Of a DNA stretch of 4,947 nucleotides, positions 4,788-4,947 are shown piece after piece. The DNA is from a virus (Duplodnaviria > Heunggongvirae > Uroviricota > Caudoviricetes): the IMG/VR virus record IMGVR_UViG_2547132273_000019, one strand, 5' to 3'. Under the pieces are notes generated by a model, which ran no database searches, was not told where the DNA came from, and saw only the letters and a list, made by a program, of their open reading frames with translations. The stretch's first letter is position 1, and every line of letters starts with the position of its first letter. The translations under genes and the position numbers were made by a program.

Positions 4788-4877
4788 GTGCTGGTTCTCA
4801 AATGTGCGCTGGCTATTACGGCTGTAATGGCGATTTATTGTCTTGCTATTGTTCTTATGGATCGCCTTTCTGACTGA
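4788..4877 (+). CDS. Candidate small hydrophobic membrane peptide (29 aa)
   Basis: GTG at 4788 lies 6 nt after AGGAGG (4776-4781). Hand translation gives (M)LVLKCALAITAVMAIYCLAIVLMDRLSD, a single predicted transmembrane helix with a charged tail; stop TGA at 4875-4877. It overlaps the track's 67-aa ORF (4670-4873) in another frame; which frame is expressed is unresolved. Confidence 0.3.
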   Translation: MLVLKCALAITAVMAIYCLAIVLMDRLSD

Positions 4878-4947
4878 TTTCATATTGGCGAGGTAAAGGT
4901 AGTTAAGTAGAATGGCTGCGGGTGCTTGAGGCTATCTGCCTCGGGCA

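Noticed and set aside
4670-4873. 67-aa Gly/Cys-rich ORF as a confident CDS or microcin
   Set aside because: It starts at a TTG with a weak ribosome-binding site, has no double-glycine leader, and overlaps a better-initiated 29-codon frame. Kept as an open alternative in the findings rather than called as a feature.

Overview
This window reads as the early/immunity region of a temperate phage or prophage (lambdoid or Rac/Gifsy-like layout), followed by a single-gene AT-rich cargo insertion. All calls rest on reading the sequence and translations by eye; no searches were run. Left to right: a leftward promoter with palindromic operators (about 84-138); a short HTH repressor on the minus strand (173-580); a divergent operator/promoter region (581-663); a Cro/YdaS-like gene (664-894); a YdaT/CII-like gene (878-1399); and a replication initiator (1380-2345) with five 23-bp-spaced iterons and an AT-rich tract inside it (1722-1890), i.e. 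an internal origin. A 133-aa hypothetical protein follows (2386-2787), then a 540-bp gene-poor spacer. The main finding is a sharply AT-rich gene (3329-4354) encoding a 341-aa protein with clear RelA/SpoT alarmone-synthetase motifs plus a C-terminal extension of roughly 115-150 aa and no adjacent antitoxin ORF. I interpret it as a candidate toxic small alarmone synthetase (toxSAS), possibly a fused CapRel-type toxin-antitoxin defence gene; this is a hypothesis. It is flanked by two copies of an inverted repeat TCCGCT-N10-AGCGGAC. Downstream is a possible small hydrophobic peptide gene (4788-4877) with a strong Shine-Dalgarno sequence.
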